This document shows positions 23,364 to 37,139 of a DNA stretch of 41,120 bases, piece after piece. The stretch spans positions 1-41,120 of the forward strand of contig JALDZS010000202.1 of assembly GCA_022813965.1 (NCBI GenBank), written 5' to 3'. The stretch is from Toensbergia leucococca. Its lineage: Eukaryota. Every line of letters begins with the position of its first letter. Position 1 is the first letter of the stretch. A program made the translations under genes and the position numbers. The notes below the pieces were generated by a model. It did no database searches, was not told the origin of the DNA, and saw only the letters and a list, made by a program, of their open reading frames with translations.

Positions 23364-24761
23364 TTGGGAAAATCCAGGCCTCTTGCCGCCAATATCCTCT
23401 ACCAGCTTTCACGTTTCAATTTCTTGAAGGGCCCCGTATCTGGTAACGTGGATACTTTGCTCTACACCAACAGGGCGTACAAGCTTGCTACCCACATGGA
23501 TTTGCGCCTTTAAGTGGAGTTAGCAGAGGGCTTTTGCAAGACGGTCAGAATGTTGCATGCCTTTGAAATTAGCAAACTCCTGGAATCTTGGAGCGCTAGC
23601 CGTTCCTATGTCGGGTGAATTAAACAATGATTTATCGTGACAAGCACCTGATACTGAGAGTGTTTGTCGTCAATATGCGCTCAAGCCGAGATCACGATAG
23701 GCAACAGCAAAGTGTTCCTCAGTCACAGCAAGGAACCATGTCAGACTCACTAGCAATACGGACGGATTTAGCAGTGAAATTTTCACAATCGCGTCCCAAC
23801 AGGCTAGATAGGAATAAGTATCAGAAAGCTGGGGTAAATAGTGGTGATACCGATGACGGAATAAATCGGTACTCTATTTGTAGGCCGAGGCCAAGCGCCG
23901 AAAAAGATAAACCTCGTGCCTGAACAGCTATGAGCCACAATGCTTGAGAGAACCTGTTTCACTCTAATCAGTCTTTTAGCAAGAGCGGACTTTCGAGTGT
24001 GGAGATAAAGGTCTTCGAAAAAAGATAATCTTAGGCATGCTATCAATTACTTTATATGATACCGGATGCTGTCAACGCTCCTTGTCACATCGTGTGGCCT
24101 AAAATTTGGTGACAATGCTGCCCGTACGATGGCGAATACAAGCACTAGGCTGATACGTAGGTAGTATCTAGTCCTACGATCAGTCTAACTTCTCGTCCGT
24201 CAGCTAGGTACCTGGTATCACCATTTCTTTTTCGAAGTCCATTTCAACTTTGGATATAGCGGAATCTTACGAGATGTAGCCGCACGCTTCTGCTTCTATT
24301 TTCTATCGCTGTCGATTAGACTCAAGCTTTTTGTTCCGCGGACCTCCGTTACTGGCACATCTGAACCATAGATTAGCACCCCAGATGAGGATACCTCGGA
24401 ATTTGATCGCAACTGTTGCAAGTAGCCGGCCGAAGTGATAAACTTGGCTATAGAATCTGGCCGTCAAAACTCATAGTTCCAATAGACGACTGTTCTCCCC
24501 ATCTAGATCTGCTCCACGAGCTTCAAATTGTTTTGAGCTGGATTGAAGGTACTTTCTGGAGTTATGGGAGTATAATATGGGACTTTGCGAGAGAGCAGTG
24601 AGAGAAGGTCTCTAAGTACATGTAGCAGGAAATGGTAGCGATACTGTACACGGACAAACATCGTGATGCGCCATGAACAGATGCTATAATCCGAAACTCC
24701 ATACCATGCAGCCCTTCTATGCTCTCCTTCCATGGCTCTGACTCCATATATCGTATTTCTT

Positions 24762-25197
24762 TCATTTCCGCTTATGAGGGCCAACGATCTTTGGGTACAG
24801 TCGAGAGAGATGATAATTGATAGTGTTCTTCTTTTGCGCCTTCGGTTTCTAATGTCCATCGTATATCAGCATTTCAAAATAGAAATCATTGCCCTTCGTG
24901 ATAACAGAGATAGAAGATAGAGGCTTGAAAGCATACCGGTCCGTCCATACATGCCCTCAATTGCTGCTCAAATTCTGCACATCCTGGCACGCCGTATCCT
25001 GATGAGGCCCAGCAACCTATTTCCAGACACAAATCAGTGATTTGAAACATTTGGGCGGCTGAGTTATTCCTACTTAAGACAGAGGTCATGATTCCTACAC
25101 ATGGATTGGCTCCGGGTTGATTTGGACGCCGGACGCGTAGCTTGGGAAGGGGAGGTAAGCGTGGAGCAGTGAGATTCGCTGAACCTTTTGGTGGCAT
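24762..25197 (-). CDS. MRP10: Mitochondrial 37S ribosomal protein Mrp10 (mS37), 3 exons
   Basis: LPPLPKLRVRRPN..PCVGIMTSVLSCWAS..CAEFEQQLRACMD (twin Cx9C). Last exon KPKAQKKNTINYHLSRLYPKIVGPHKRK then stop. Confidence 0.92.
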
Positions 25198-25577
25198 TCT
25201 GGTGAGACCACAACCGAAGGTTGGAAATCTGTGTTATGAGTGACACATGTTCGGCTTATTTGTGTCTATGTACGGATACAAGTGCGGAAGTCAATCTTCA
25301 GGTCGAGGGTTCGTCGAGTTTAGGGCCAAAATCCCGCTAGACCATGTTCTAGTTAGTGCTCCCGCAATAGATTCGGTATCTCATTGTTTACACTCGCATG
25401 CTCTGTTCCCTAAACAATCCTAACCTTTCTCATTCTTTGCCCATCCTTGTATCATATTTTTATAGTACAATTATTCATGATTTCATAAAAGACCAAAGAC
25501 TAAGACATCGGGCTTTAGTCTCCAGAGCACCACCGTTGCTTCGCAGTTGCGAAAAGGGCTCCCCTTCAGCGCACTGA

Positions 25578-27833
25578 ATGGCTTTCCCCACGTTATTGTA
25601 GGTCTTGTGCTACGTGTATTTATCTCAAGAGCGCGGCTTTAATAGCTGATTACAACGATATCTATAGACAATCCAACGACGAGGCTTTCGACTTTCAAAT
25701 TCCTGTTGCTTCTCGAGTAATTCGGGGCTGGGACCGGATACCCAAATCATCTTTTGCGCCTCGACATCGAGGGCGCAAGGTATGGAAGAGGTACAATCTG
25801 CGGTCAAAAGAACTGGAACCTGAGAGGGAAAGGGACGAAGTACTCGTTTTAGGTCTTGAAGGATCCGATAATGAAGAATTCGAGGCTACGGATGCTTCCA
25901 GACCTATCAAGCGACTTTGCCTTGACCAGAAGATTATTTGCGATGCAAAGGAAGGGAAAAATAGATCAGCCAGATATGTCGCTGCGTTGCAGGACAAGGT
26001 TCTTGGAACCCCAAAACGTCAGTATCGCTGCATAATGCTTCTATTCTGGGAAGTTGTTCCGTTGACACTTCTGGATCTTTAGGAAAGCTCGCTGGCCGAG
26101 AAAGCATTAAGCCTAAGAATCCGTATCCAAGGGCTACCGTTGCGCACATGGACTCACCACCTTTTCCTTCGAAGGATGTCATTCACCAAGTCGACACTTC
26201 AACCGGCACCCTGGGCGGCCAAAGTATTCAGCAGATTTATTCAGTTGAGGAGAAAGCACAGCGGTCTGTCGGAAATCGGAACCTAGTAAACATCTCTACC
26301 AGCAGTATCAATCACCAGCGAGGTTGTTCTCCATATAAGGGAGAGGATGTTAGTAACGACGTTCAAGCCTTGGCTTTAGGGCCACTTCTGGATGATAACC
26401 CCGTGCCTGCAATTGAGAACACAGTATCTTCTGATGAAAAGCTTGACTTTACGCCAAATGTAATCTCCTCACAATTGGAACGTGGTGACTCACTCACTCA
26501 AAGCCAGCAACCCACCAATGGGTGTGCCAAAACCAGCACAAGTGAACCAGAAATCCACGGAATTCATATCGATGATCCCTCGAATGTAAACGAAATAGTG
26601 TCTCCAACAAAAATCACATGGCCTCGCAAAGCCATGGAACATCTCAAGTGTTCCGCGAATTTGCAATGTTCTATCAAACCACTGGAATCTGAAGGGGTTT
26701 CTAATGAAGAAAAGGAAACTTTACTGGCTACGATTGGGCCTGAAAATAACGGACTCACAGTCACAAATGCTACGGGCAATGATACTGATACTAAATCAGC
26801 AAAGATTATAGTGAGTAATCAGCACACTTCATACGACACCGATCGGCTCAACGACAGTCCAAATGTGGGACATTCTAGTTCTGGGATAATCTACCAAGTG
26901 CCTAGCTTACATTTGGGAAACGATGAACATGCGCCTTCAATGATTGCGACGATCGTAAATGAAGAAACAGAACCCACATGTGATGGCAGCAATCTCACTG
27001 CGAGAACGAGCGATAACGAGATAGTGTCGATAGACGGTGCATCTGATGAACCCGAGGATCTGCCTAAGAGTCGGACTCGATCAGGGGCACGCTTTAGCGA
27101 TGAGACAACGATGCTGAAGGAGTTTCTCAATCGCGCACAATCGAAAAAGGCAGCGAGAAGTAAAAACTTCTCAGCAGAGGTGTCGGAATGCCTGGCTTCT
27201 CCACGGAAGGCTCTTGCAGATCTTGACCGGAATTCTCCATCTCCACAGAAGCCACGCAGCTCATCCAGTCGGCCTGGCACCCCACCGAGCAAGCAGAATG
27301 ATGAACGCAACTTGGAGGCAAGTAACGAAGTCATCGGAGAACCAACATCTTATCGACGAAGCACAAGGACCCGTTTTCCTGCACCATCGAAGACGCAGCC
27401 AATCGCGCTTAGCTTCATACCAGTACGCAGGGCAGATGGCACTGACCCTGTCGTCCTACAGAAGTCTATACCTCAAGAAGTCGCGATCATGACGCGTACA
27501 AATACTCGGCGCAACAAAGGGCAGTCGAAGGCACCCAAACTAGCTTTGCAGAGTCTAGTAGCAGAAACGGTGGTAGCGACGGACACCAACGGGCATGGAA
27601 AAGAGAACGCTAAAAGCGTGGGCTGGGACGAGAGACTAGTCTACTATCAGGATGAATTCGATGTACAGCAGGCGAAAGAGGGGAATGAGGAGAAACAGGA
27701 GACGCGATCGAAAGTGAGAAGGCTCAAGGGTCTAGGTGGCATGAACGGTACTCCAGCACCACGGAGGAAAACGGACGATATGGGCAGTTCGAATAGTACG
27801 CCAGCGCCTAAGCGTAGAGGAAAGATTAGGTAG
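25578..27833 (+). CDS. Conserved fungal hypothetical protein, largely disordered, 3 exons
   Basis: Exons 25578-25597, about 25668-26017 and about 26083-27833 join in frame. Motif-like islands: RGWDR..PRHRGRKVWKR, DETTMLKEFLNRA, TRTNTRRNKG, SVGWDERL and a basic C-terminus. Confidence 0.7.
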
Positions 27834-28697
27834 GTAGGGTGTGAAGTCGGTGTTTTCATCGAATGGCATTGGATACAGAGGATGCACTATCTCTGGACGT
27901 AAGTATGGAGAAACTGGGGAAGGTTGCTATGTACACAGTCGTGGTACGATGTCCAGATAGGCGGTCCTATGAGTTGATAATGTACCTCTCTTTCCGACAG
28001 CTCCACATGCAGTCATCTACGAGTGTCGATGAATCTGTGGCCGAGGTACTTGTAAGCGAAAGACTGATAGGCGCTAAGGTACTGGCGCTGCGGGACTGGC
28101 AGGAGGAGGCAGTCAGGCAGGGGACGTGCTGGCTGACGGGTGACCCTCGAGCCTGGATAATTTATAATTTCCACGACAAGGTTATAGAACATTCTTGATA
28201 CTCCGACTACCCCCGAGTCACTGATCCTCTTTGCCACTCTTTGTTTGCCACATCTACTCGCTGACTCTCAGAAGGTATCCGGTGTGGAGGGACAGTAATC
28301 ATACGAGTAGCGGAAAAGAGGAAAATGTTCTCGATGGCACGTGGGCCCATTGCAAGGCTAACAAGTATTTTTATTATGTCACGAATCGGAGTGCCAACAA
28401 CTAGTGAAATGATGAAAGAAGTAGAGACAATTGCGAAGGACGAAGTGGTAGACTGAAGGCCAAAGAGCACCGACCGTGGCCTCTTCGTCAGATTCACGAT
28501 CCCTCTGGCCAATTTCCATGACTCAATTCTCTTGGCCCGTAGTGTCACACGGCCTGTTTCTCCACTACAATTGTGAATCTTTAATCATCCGTCTTCGCCT
28601 TGCTTTCTCCATATCTCTGTTCTTTTCTGCTTTCAATACCAAATTCCCTCGTTAAGTACGCCCGACTTCTCTCAGACAGCCCCGTTATTTAAAAGGT

Positions 28698-30819
28698 ATG
28701 ATTACACGTCGCACAAGCGAAGCCACACAATTTCCAAACAGATATCAAGCAGGAGACTTCTACAAACTCACCAATAAGCAAGCATCTTCTCCAGTTTCCC
28801 CAGAAATCGGGGTAGCGCATGTCGACCGTGCAGAAAGCACCAGCGTCCAGACGGGCGCAGCCGACAAGCGCCCCATTTTCGACAGAGGCGCATTGTCTTG
28901 CAACGAACAGGGGCAAGGGAAGAACAACATAAGAAAACCATGTTCAGTCTCTGCTGTCGCCGAAGACATTCATGGTAAGCTTTGTCGCCACAAATCTCGC
29001 CTCTTTCAATTCCATCTATCAAATACCGAAAACGGCGCGCTGATGAGTCAACATGAGATCAGGCACGGCACAATCTTTTCTTGAGTCTGGTCTACATGGC
29101 TTGCCACAAGGCGAATCTGGGGATGTTGGATCTTGCAACTGCTGTTGTCGATGTGGCAGGGCGAGGGAGTGGAAATCCTTCCGTCCACGAGGTGTACGAA
29201 GGACTAAGAGTTACAGTCCTCTAAGGACCGGCGTTTCTGAGCTCTCTGGATGGACTTGGGCATCCGTGCTTCGCGAAGAACCCGTAGATCTTGATGCGCC
29301 ACGGTCTTTCAAACCGGGCGAGGCGCCATTGGAGAGACTGCCAGTAGAGATACTCGGTAAGCAGGCATCTTCTCGCTGATATGATGAACCATGGCTAATT
29401 GTTTCGTACAAAGACCAGATCATTTCCCAGCTTGCTCTTGGAGTTCCTCCGTCAAACTACACACCCCGCAATATTGATCTTGTTTCGTGTCTCCTGACCT
29501 CTAGAACTATTCACGTTGCCGCCATCAGCACTTTGTATAATCGCATTACGATTCCGCGGTCTTCGATATTCTTCAAGTTCCTCAGCCATGTCTCTCAGTA
29601 TCCTGCTCTGGGGAGTATTGTGAGAAGACTTGATCTCTCACATTTCACCTCGGTGGGGCTAGGGCGTTCTGGGCAGATGAATAAGGAAATCCAGAACATG
29701 ACTTCGAAAACTCTGCTACAATGCCTCGAACTTACTACAGGCGTTCAAGAACTTCTGTTACAAGAACATCTTGATGGTGACATCGATGAGACAGTACTAC
29801 ACAAAATTCTCTTTGACCTCCCCAGTCTCCAAGCAGTCGATTTCTGCGCAGCGTCTTCAGTGGCATTTGTTGATGCATTCTCTTCTGCCGTCACGCGCTT
29901 GAATGTGCCTTTGCCCTTGAAGCTTGGCATTCGACGCTTGAGTTTGCATGAGTGCTTCACCTTGAGTAGCTCCAGTCTCGAGGCTCTTCTACCGAGGCTG
30001 CCTTATCTTACCCATCTTGACCTTTATCATACTCGAGTAACAAATAAGGCTTTGGAATCGATTTCAAAGACGGCAAAGGTGTCTCACCTTAACCTCGGGA
30101 AATGTACATATATTTCTGGGGATGGACTAGTCGATTTCCTTGCAACACACGTTGCTGTTCGCACTTTGGTATATCTTAATCTCTGTTGCGATATTTCCTG
30201 CTACCGTCTCCTATGGGAATTTGATGTCGATCGTTTGCTTCCATTACTTCCTTCGACGCTGCGCTCTTTGAATCTCAATGGTGCCAAAGTTCGCCCTTCA
30301 CACGTGCCACTGCTGCTCCCCTTGACGAAACATCTTGAAGAACTTAGCCTGGGCTCCGCGGATCTCTCGATGCGCGATATTAATTCTCTCTTTCTCCCGA
30401 AGCCAGAATCCGTCACCGATGTTGATAGCGCTCTATCACACGAGGAAACAAAATGGGTCCCATCAACACTGTGCTATCTCGACCTTTCTGGCATAGCTTC
30501 GATCTCGCAATCTTCTATCTTCAGCAGTTCCTGTGTGCTTCTTGGCTCGATGACGTCTCCTCTCGAAGTCCTAGAGCTAGGTGACAAAGCCATTTCGTCA
30601 TTGAGGGAGTGTAAGAACACGAACAAAATGGTTGGATGGGTGGTGAAGGAATGTGGACGACGTGGATGGTATGTTCGGGAACCGTTGACTGATGCACCTG
30701 GAGGGAAGAGCGGGAGAAGAAATTGGAAGATGGGGGCTGTGTGGTGGGGAATGAGGAAGATTCCGGTTGCTTGGGGTGAAGTAGCCGGGTTGTACGGGCA
30801 TTACATGTTCAAAAAATGA
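28698..30819 (+). CDS. F-box / leucine-rich-repeat protein, 3 exons
   Basis: Introns at 28975-29062 and 29357-29413. F-box LERLPVEILDQIISQL..DLVSCLLTSRTIH is followed by LRRs (LTHLDLYHTRV, LRSLNLNGAKV, LEELSLGSADL). The first exon is less certain. Confidence 0.85.
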
Positions 30820-31119
30820 AGACTGTTACCGGTTCATGGATGGGCCTTTGAACAGCGAAAAAGGATAAAAAGGATACCAGTACGGAATTACGAGTGACAT
30901 GGAAGGTGTGGATTAAAATGGTGTTGGGTGGTTTGCTACATCAAAAGCGACATTATTACTATTCTATGCTGTATATCTCTTTTCTACCTGTAAAATATGA
31001 ACTTTTCTCAAAATCGCCCGAATAAGCGAGAATTAGGGCATCACACCTGTGACCTCCAATCCATCTTCAAGAACATCACAACCACCAACGACCTCCTCGC
31101 GAAAAAAAAATTAAAGAAA

Positions 31120-32341
31120 ATGTTTTCTCCAACCTCTCCCCTAACCCTCGACCAAAACCCCCAATACGCCACCCTCCAAACCCACCTAACCCGCACCCTT
31201 CTCTCCCCCACCGGCGCCATCCCGCCCCCACCCACCGAACAGAAATCCCGCGCCCTCACCGATAAAGTCTCCCTGCCCCTCTCCCCTCTTCCAGAAGAAA
31301 TAAAAATAAAACCCTAACAAAAAAACCACCCAGGCCCTCCAAAGCGCCCAACACACCGCTGCAAAAATAAGCGTCATCCGCTGCGCCTTGCCCCTCCTCC
31401 TCACCAGCAACGACTCCAGCCCATTACCAGAAGCAGTACCCATCCCCACTCAAATTCCAGCTCTTGCTACAGTAAGAACTGACCCTTTCCCTCCCCCAAA
31501 ACATAGATCCTAGACCTAATCGCCCACCTCACCTCCCCACCCCCTTCCCCCTTTTTTCCCCCACCCCCCCACCCCCCTTCCCTAATAAGCACCCACCTCT
31601 CCCTCACCCTTCCCCCCCTCCTCTCCTCCCTCTCCCCGGTTCCCCAAACGACGACTTCCGCCCGCCTCACGGCTCTCGCCTCCGCCCAGGAACGCCTTCA
31701 TGCCTCTAGGCTGACGCTCGCGAGCGCGGCGGGCGCGTTGTTGGAGGCGCAGAGGGCGCTGGTGGAGGAGGTTGTGCGGGCGCTGGAGGGGGTCAAGTAT
31801 GGGAGTTTGGGCCGGGGGGGGAGGGCGCGGGGGGAGTATTTGGGTATGGTTGCGAGGGGGTTGGAGGGGAAGGTTAGGTGAGTTTTTTTTGTTTTTGTTT
31901 TTTTTCCGGGGAGGAAAATCTGGTCTTTTGTGACCTTTGTGGGGGAGGGCTTGTGTGGGCTGGGAGAATTGTATGGCTTTGATTTCTCTTTTTGGTCATT
32001 TGTGGCTTCCTAACCCCCCAATCTGCCCATCTCCCCTTTCCCCCCCCATCAACCAAAGCCCCCAACTAACCCCCTCCCCCCCTTTAAAAAAAACCCACAG
32101 ACTCCTCCACCTCACAACCCTCCAAACCCTCTACCCGCCCCCGGCCCTCGCAAGCCTCACAGCCTACGCCCAACACCTCGAAACTACAGTCTCCCGCCTC
32201 CGCGACCGCGAAGACGCAGCCCGCGCACGGCTGGCCGAGTACGAGGCCCAGGAGGGTATGGAGGAGGTGGCGAGGGTGTATGCGGCGGTCAGGAAGGAGG
32301 GAGGGGTGGTTGGAGGGATGGTTGGGATGTTGGGGGGGTAG
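31120..32341 (+). CDS. HAUS4-like augmin complex subunit, 4 exons
   Basis: Exons 31120-31266, 31334-about 31435, 31507-31877 and 32101-32341 join in frame. RALEGVKYGSLGRGGRARGEYLGMVARGLEGKVRLL..LYPP..ASLTAYAQHL..LAEYE..MEEVARVY matches the HAUS4 C-terminal pattern as recalled. Confidence 0.7.
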
Positions 32342-32969
32342 TTTTGGGAATAAGGTGGGCGGGGGGTGTTGGGGTTTTGGAGAAGGAGGAAGAGGGGATG
32401 GGGGATTCTTGTGGGCTAGATCTCTATTCTAGCAGGATTCTTGACGATAATTAGTTTTCTGCCAAATCATCCTTGAGATGGATTATTGGGATGACAAAAT
32501 GATGGGAGATTTATGACATGTTTTCCCCGCTTTTTTGATACAAAGTACCGTTTAATGTTTTTCCAAGCAGGCATCGGGTTTCATTCGGCCCAAAAAAAAA
32601 AACAAATGTCATAAATCAAGCTCCACAAACCGAGAAACCATACAGAAATGAACACGCCTCACCAGACGCCTTTCCCCCCCCCCCCCCCCCCTCAAAAAAT
32701 ACATGCCGTAGAACCCCCCCCCAATATCGACATCCCCAATCCCATCCCACCCAACAATAATCAACTCCCCCACACACACATCACTCCAAAAAACGCCTAT
32801 CCCTCACTCCATCCCTCAAACAAACCACCTCCCCAACCGAGCACCCAAAATCACACCCCCATCCCCTCCATCATCCAACCCAGCCCCACAATCATAAAAA
32901 ACCCAGCAATACCCATTCCGAGACGCCATCATCCGATCCCATCATCCAGGGTACATATATACGTAACCT

Positions 32970-33350
32970 TTATGCCCGAAAAAGAAAAAGGCAATCCCGA
33001 ACAGGCGAAGCGTGGTACCACTTGTGCGCCCCGCACAAAATTCCAAATGCGAAAAAGAGAGAGAGAGACCTGACCTACCATGACTGTTTCCCCTGAAAAG
33101 AAAAAGAGGAAGGAAGGAAAAGATCGCTGAGACGGGCCAAAAGGGTTCCACTTTTTTTGCCGGGTCCCCCGCGGATTTCGTGTTCAAGCGACCAAGGGTA
33201 TTGATTGTTTTGTCTCTCTCCGAGAAAGTCGCCGTGCAAGAGGAAAACGCATGATGATGGTTGCGAGAAGCGTCGAGATGGGGGGATTCTCGCAATGCTT
33301 TTTGCGGCGAGAGTGGCCGCGGTTCGAAAAGACGAGTGTTTCGACTGATG
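32970..33350. ncRNA. Candidate structured non-coding RNA (family not identified)
   Basis: Cluster of inverted repeats in intergenic DNA: ttgtgcg/cgcacaa, gatcgctga/tcaagcgacc, ttgcgagaa/ttctcgcaa and gcggc/gccgc. No credible protein. Confidence 0.3.
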
Positions 33351-34171
33351 AATTGATTTGGCCATACTTGAAAAGGGGAAAAATGAAGCACATGTGCAAA
33401 AGAGCTGTGAGTTCCAAAATATTTGGGGGAATAGCAACGGTGAATTATAAAATATCCGGCTATAAATCATCGACGTGGGCTTCTTCGGTAGACTTTTGTC
33501 AGTTCGTGCACAAAATAGCCAGGTAGCCATACATCACCATCCTTTCGGAAAGGATTGCAGACTGGTGCTTTTTGATACTGTTTGATATCATCAGATCCAC
33601 ACTGTGTCGAACTCGCCGTCGACACTGCCGTAACACGCATTGTTGCAAATACACAATGTACGTATATAGAAGCTCGGTACATTCTTTATCGGAAAAGTAG
33701 GTACATGTGTATTTGGTGCCGTTACTCCGAAGATAGGAATGGGAGAGGCCATGGACGACTAAAGGGAGTCATTGTAATTTGTAGGCAGCTAATAGCAATA
33801 TTATATAGTATATTGAGTATACAGCTCAAAGTGCGTTAACGAAAGTAGATCTTCTAATTGCTCGGCGGAATTTGGGCGAAATTTCGGGCATGGAATCTCA
33901 ACTCTTTGTAAGACTTTGCGAAATCAAGTTCGAGTCATTGCCTTGGAGTCACAGCGTTATAGCTTCACTTTGGAAGGCAAAAGTGGAACGCAATCATGTA
34001 AAGACCTGGCGATAGATAATTTTCGACCTGATATCAAAGTAAAACAGGATGGAAGTAAAGTAGACAGAAAAATCTACTATCAAGGTTGAAGCAATGGCCA
34101 ATGAAAGCCAACTGCCCGCCAATTTCTATTACCAAGACACATTCCGAATTGAAACTCGAGAAGAGATTGAA

Positions 34172-35027
34172 TCACTGATTTGCAGCTGGAGCACCCCCGA
34201 GCGGACGGCCTTGTTGTGTGGAAGCTGCCGCCTGCACATTTGGGTTTCCCACCCTACGGCTCCTGTAAAAAGTTAGCAGATTATTGGAAATTGGCTTATC
34301 AATCTTACATTATGGTCCGGCTGAACATGCTGATGATGATCATGAAAGCCCAGCTGGGGATTATTGAGAAGCCGAACAGCACGTAGCCCAGAGGCACGTT
34401 TAGACCGGCTTTCGCGAACCAGCCATCGAAAGGATGCATAGCACCTTCGTAGACTGGGACCTCTTCATACGTCTTTTTCGTATGGATTTGGAAGATTTCC
34501 TGAGTAGTGGCAGTGGTTGTATTAAGCGTAACGATATGGATGGTGGTAGCTGGGGCAGATTGGTCGGCGTGAACGATGGGAAGCTCGATGTACCAGATAG
34601 CCGGAGGCCCTGCAGCCCATGTAGAGCAGAGAATGGCATTGGTATCGCAGTTAATGTATCCAAGGTGAGGCGCCGTAGGTGTAGCTGCGAAGAGTGCTGC
34701 AGATTCATTCCAGGCCTGCTCCACGCCATCACATCTTCCATAACAGGTTTTGTTCCCTCCCGAAACGAATACCATCCAATTCTCTGGGCCTTGACTTTGA
34801 GCCGATGTACTAGGTGATAATACGGACTGCCAGTTGTCTCTGGTCAACGGAGTAACATTCTTGGCAGCTATCTTATTGGATGGCTGAGCGACTGGTGATA
34901 GGAGAGAGGGGGGAATGAACGACTTTGCTTTATCGAACAAAGGTTGTAGATTTTCGACAAGAGGTATTTGGAATTGGGCAGTAGCGACAGCTGGCAGCGC
35001 AAGAAGGAGTGAGGTAGAAAAGCGCAT
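34172..35027 (-). CDS. Signal-peptide, thioredoxin-like-fold single-pass membrane protein, 2 exons
   Basis: Signal peptide MRFSTSLLLALPAVATA; LTRDNW, WMVFVSGGNKTCYGRC, GYINCD..LCSTW; C-terminal TM helix; intron 34308-34263; stop at 34174-34172. Confidence 0.8.
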
Positions 35028-36057
35028 GGCTGTGGTTGGCTGGGTCGATTGGAAGCGAATTTATAGAGGTATGTACTGTATGTGTGGCAAACCTACAACG
35101 AAGTGTACTTATTTCACTGTTATTCAAAGTATGCGAAGTGGCTCGAGAATGGGTACAGATGGTGGCCTTGTTCGCAGTGTCTCCTGGTGCAAAATGTTCA
35201 AGGTTGCGTTGGACTGAGTTACGTCGGATATAAGTTATTGCAGAAGCCGGTGGCCGAGGCTATTCTATCTTCTGATTGGCTGACGCTTCCTTCGTCAATG
35301 CGGTCCAAACAGAACGATTCGAGGAAGTAATGAGCTTGTAACTCACGGCCTAGAGATATTATGGATGAAAGCTAGGCTTGCGACATCGGAAAACACTCGC
35401 AGACAAAAGCTGCCTAGGCTAAAAGAACGATATCAAATTTGAGGACAAGAGCTTAGCAGTAGAGTAGGTAGGTACTCGTAGTCAACAAGAGGAACAATTC
35501 ACACATGAACTGACCCGAGGGAGTCGCAGCACAGACATACCAATTGTATCAGGATTCTTTTCTGTTTGAACGCTGAAGTATTCGAAGATCATTCTACGCT
35601 TGCTTTTGAATCCCCGGACGAGAACAAGGCATTGGACAGGACTTTAATCGATTCTGTTACCGATCTGCCTATTATTGTGCTTCTATTCCTTGACCTCTTC
35701 TAAGCCCAAGAATTTGGAGCATCCTTTCTGTAAATATATTCATTGCATGGAGTTGGATACCCCAAATTTGTCTATGATGTATGTATCCCGATGAAGAGAA
35801 TCATTAATAGAATTCGTGCATGAGGTGCAGATCGAAGATCAATCGATCCCAAGTGAAATCTACCAAGATAAGCTTTGTTGAGATCCGCATCAAGAGGAAG
35901 GGATGTTACCTGTGACATGGCATTCACGACTGCGTCAAAGTATATCGAACATTATTTTCTCCAGCTGCAATGTCCAGTCCTATACTATACCTTCTCAAGC
36001 TTTACGCCATGCAATTCCACCACCCTACCCTAAGATGCCTGTCGTAGGCTCCCACCC

Positions 36058-36767
36058 CTACAAGAGCTTCAAATGCCCAGTGACCCGATCAATTACACTC
36101 TTCGGACCCGGCCCTATCCCGCACACTGTCGCAGACCCACTGGCAATCTGCGTCCTACCGGCATCATGAATAACCCTAGCGCATAATCCTAAACTCACCG
36201 CCTGTGCCTGCAGCGTTTCGAGCTCCTCTTCGTTCTTGACCTGCAACGCCACCTTGGCTTGGCCGAGCTGCTCCCAGCGTCTTAGGAGAGGGGATTTGGG
36301 GGCATGGGAGAGAAAGTTTTTATAGCAAGCTAGGGTTGCATGGGAGCATTGGGCAGCGATTTTACCTAGGCGGGATTAGCTTGGGGGCAGAGTTGATTCG
36401 ACAGTATGAAGGATATAGTACCTTTGCCCATGCCTAGATCCGTTCTTACAACGAGTACGAGCTTACACTCCTCCTTATTGCCCTCAAAGCTCTTCAATTC
36501 TCCCTGCTCCTCCTCTTCGTCTTCGTCTTCCTCTCCCCCCTTCTCTCCTAGACTCTTCATCAGCTCCTCATCCGAAGAGTCTGGGTGCACGGTAACATCA
36601 TAGCTGTTGGGCCAGCTTTCTTTGCCTGAAGTGGTTTTTTTGCTGCGGTTGAAGAGGCCGAGGCTGGAGGCCTGGCCGACCAAGTAGCCGCCTAGGGCTG
36701 CGAGGATGGCAGTCGCGATGGCGATGGCGGCTGTGGAAGGGGGAGGACGGTCGGGAAATGAGCTCAT
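36058..36767 (-). CDS. PTH2: Peptidyl-tRNA hydrolase 2, 2 exons
   Basis: N-terminal TM helix; KLVLVVRTDLGMGKG|KIAAQCSHA; DAGRTQIASGS..GIGPGP..DRVTGHLKLL. Confidence 0.95.
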
Positions 36768-37139
36768 CTTCAGAGGTGTACGGATGGGGTTATTGGATGC
36801 TGATTTGCTGCATGGTTTGGCTACGGAGTAACGGGATTGTTGGGGAAAGTTGAGGAAATATATCGTAGGGCTGAATTTTTGGACTCGCTTCGGAGCTTCG
36901 ACATTGTAACTTCAAAGGTCCTCCTATTCTGGTGCAAATCGAATTGACCTATCGTCCCTCGTCACTTTAAAAATGCGATCAGAGACCCTCTCCGCACTTC
37001 GGTATAGCTAGAGCCGTCAAATTCTTCCAAGTGCGAATACCCTACCACCGCGAATGCCGCCTCCAGCTTGGCCCATCTCAAAGTAAAGACTTCAACAAAT
37101 ATCTATATAACCAAACAACAACGAACATCTTCGTCCACA

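Noticed and set aside
23627..24046. Short ORFs upstream of the acyltransferase
   Set aside because: No motif; likely promoter or 5' UTR sequence.
27863..28548. Overlapping 74-113 aa ORFs
   Set aside because: No recognisable domain or consistent splice model; probably UTR or intergenic.
32648..33073. 141-aa Pro-rich ORF
   Set aside because: Explained by C/A-rich low-complexity DNA lacking stop codons; no motif.
33300..33345. tRNA suggested by GGTTCGA
   Set aside because: No T-stem, acceptor stem or cloverleaf could be built.
32600..33600. Telomerase RNA, RNase P/MRP or group I intron
   Set aside because: No TAACCCTAA template and no complete P4 or P/Q/R/S sets; only isolated partial matches such as GAAAGTCGCC.
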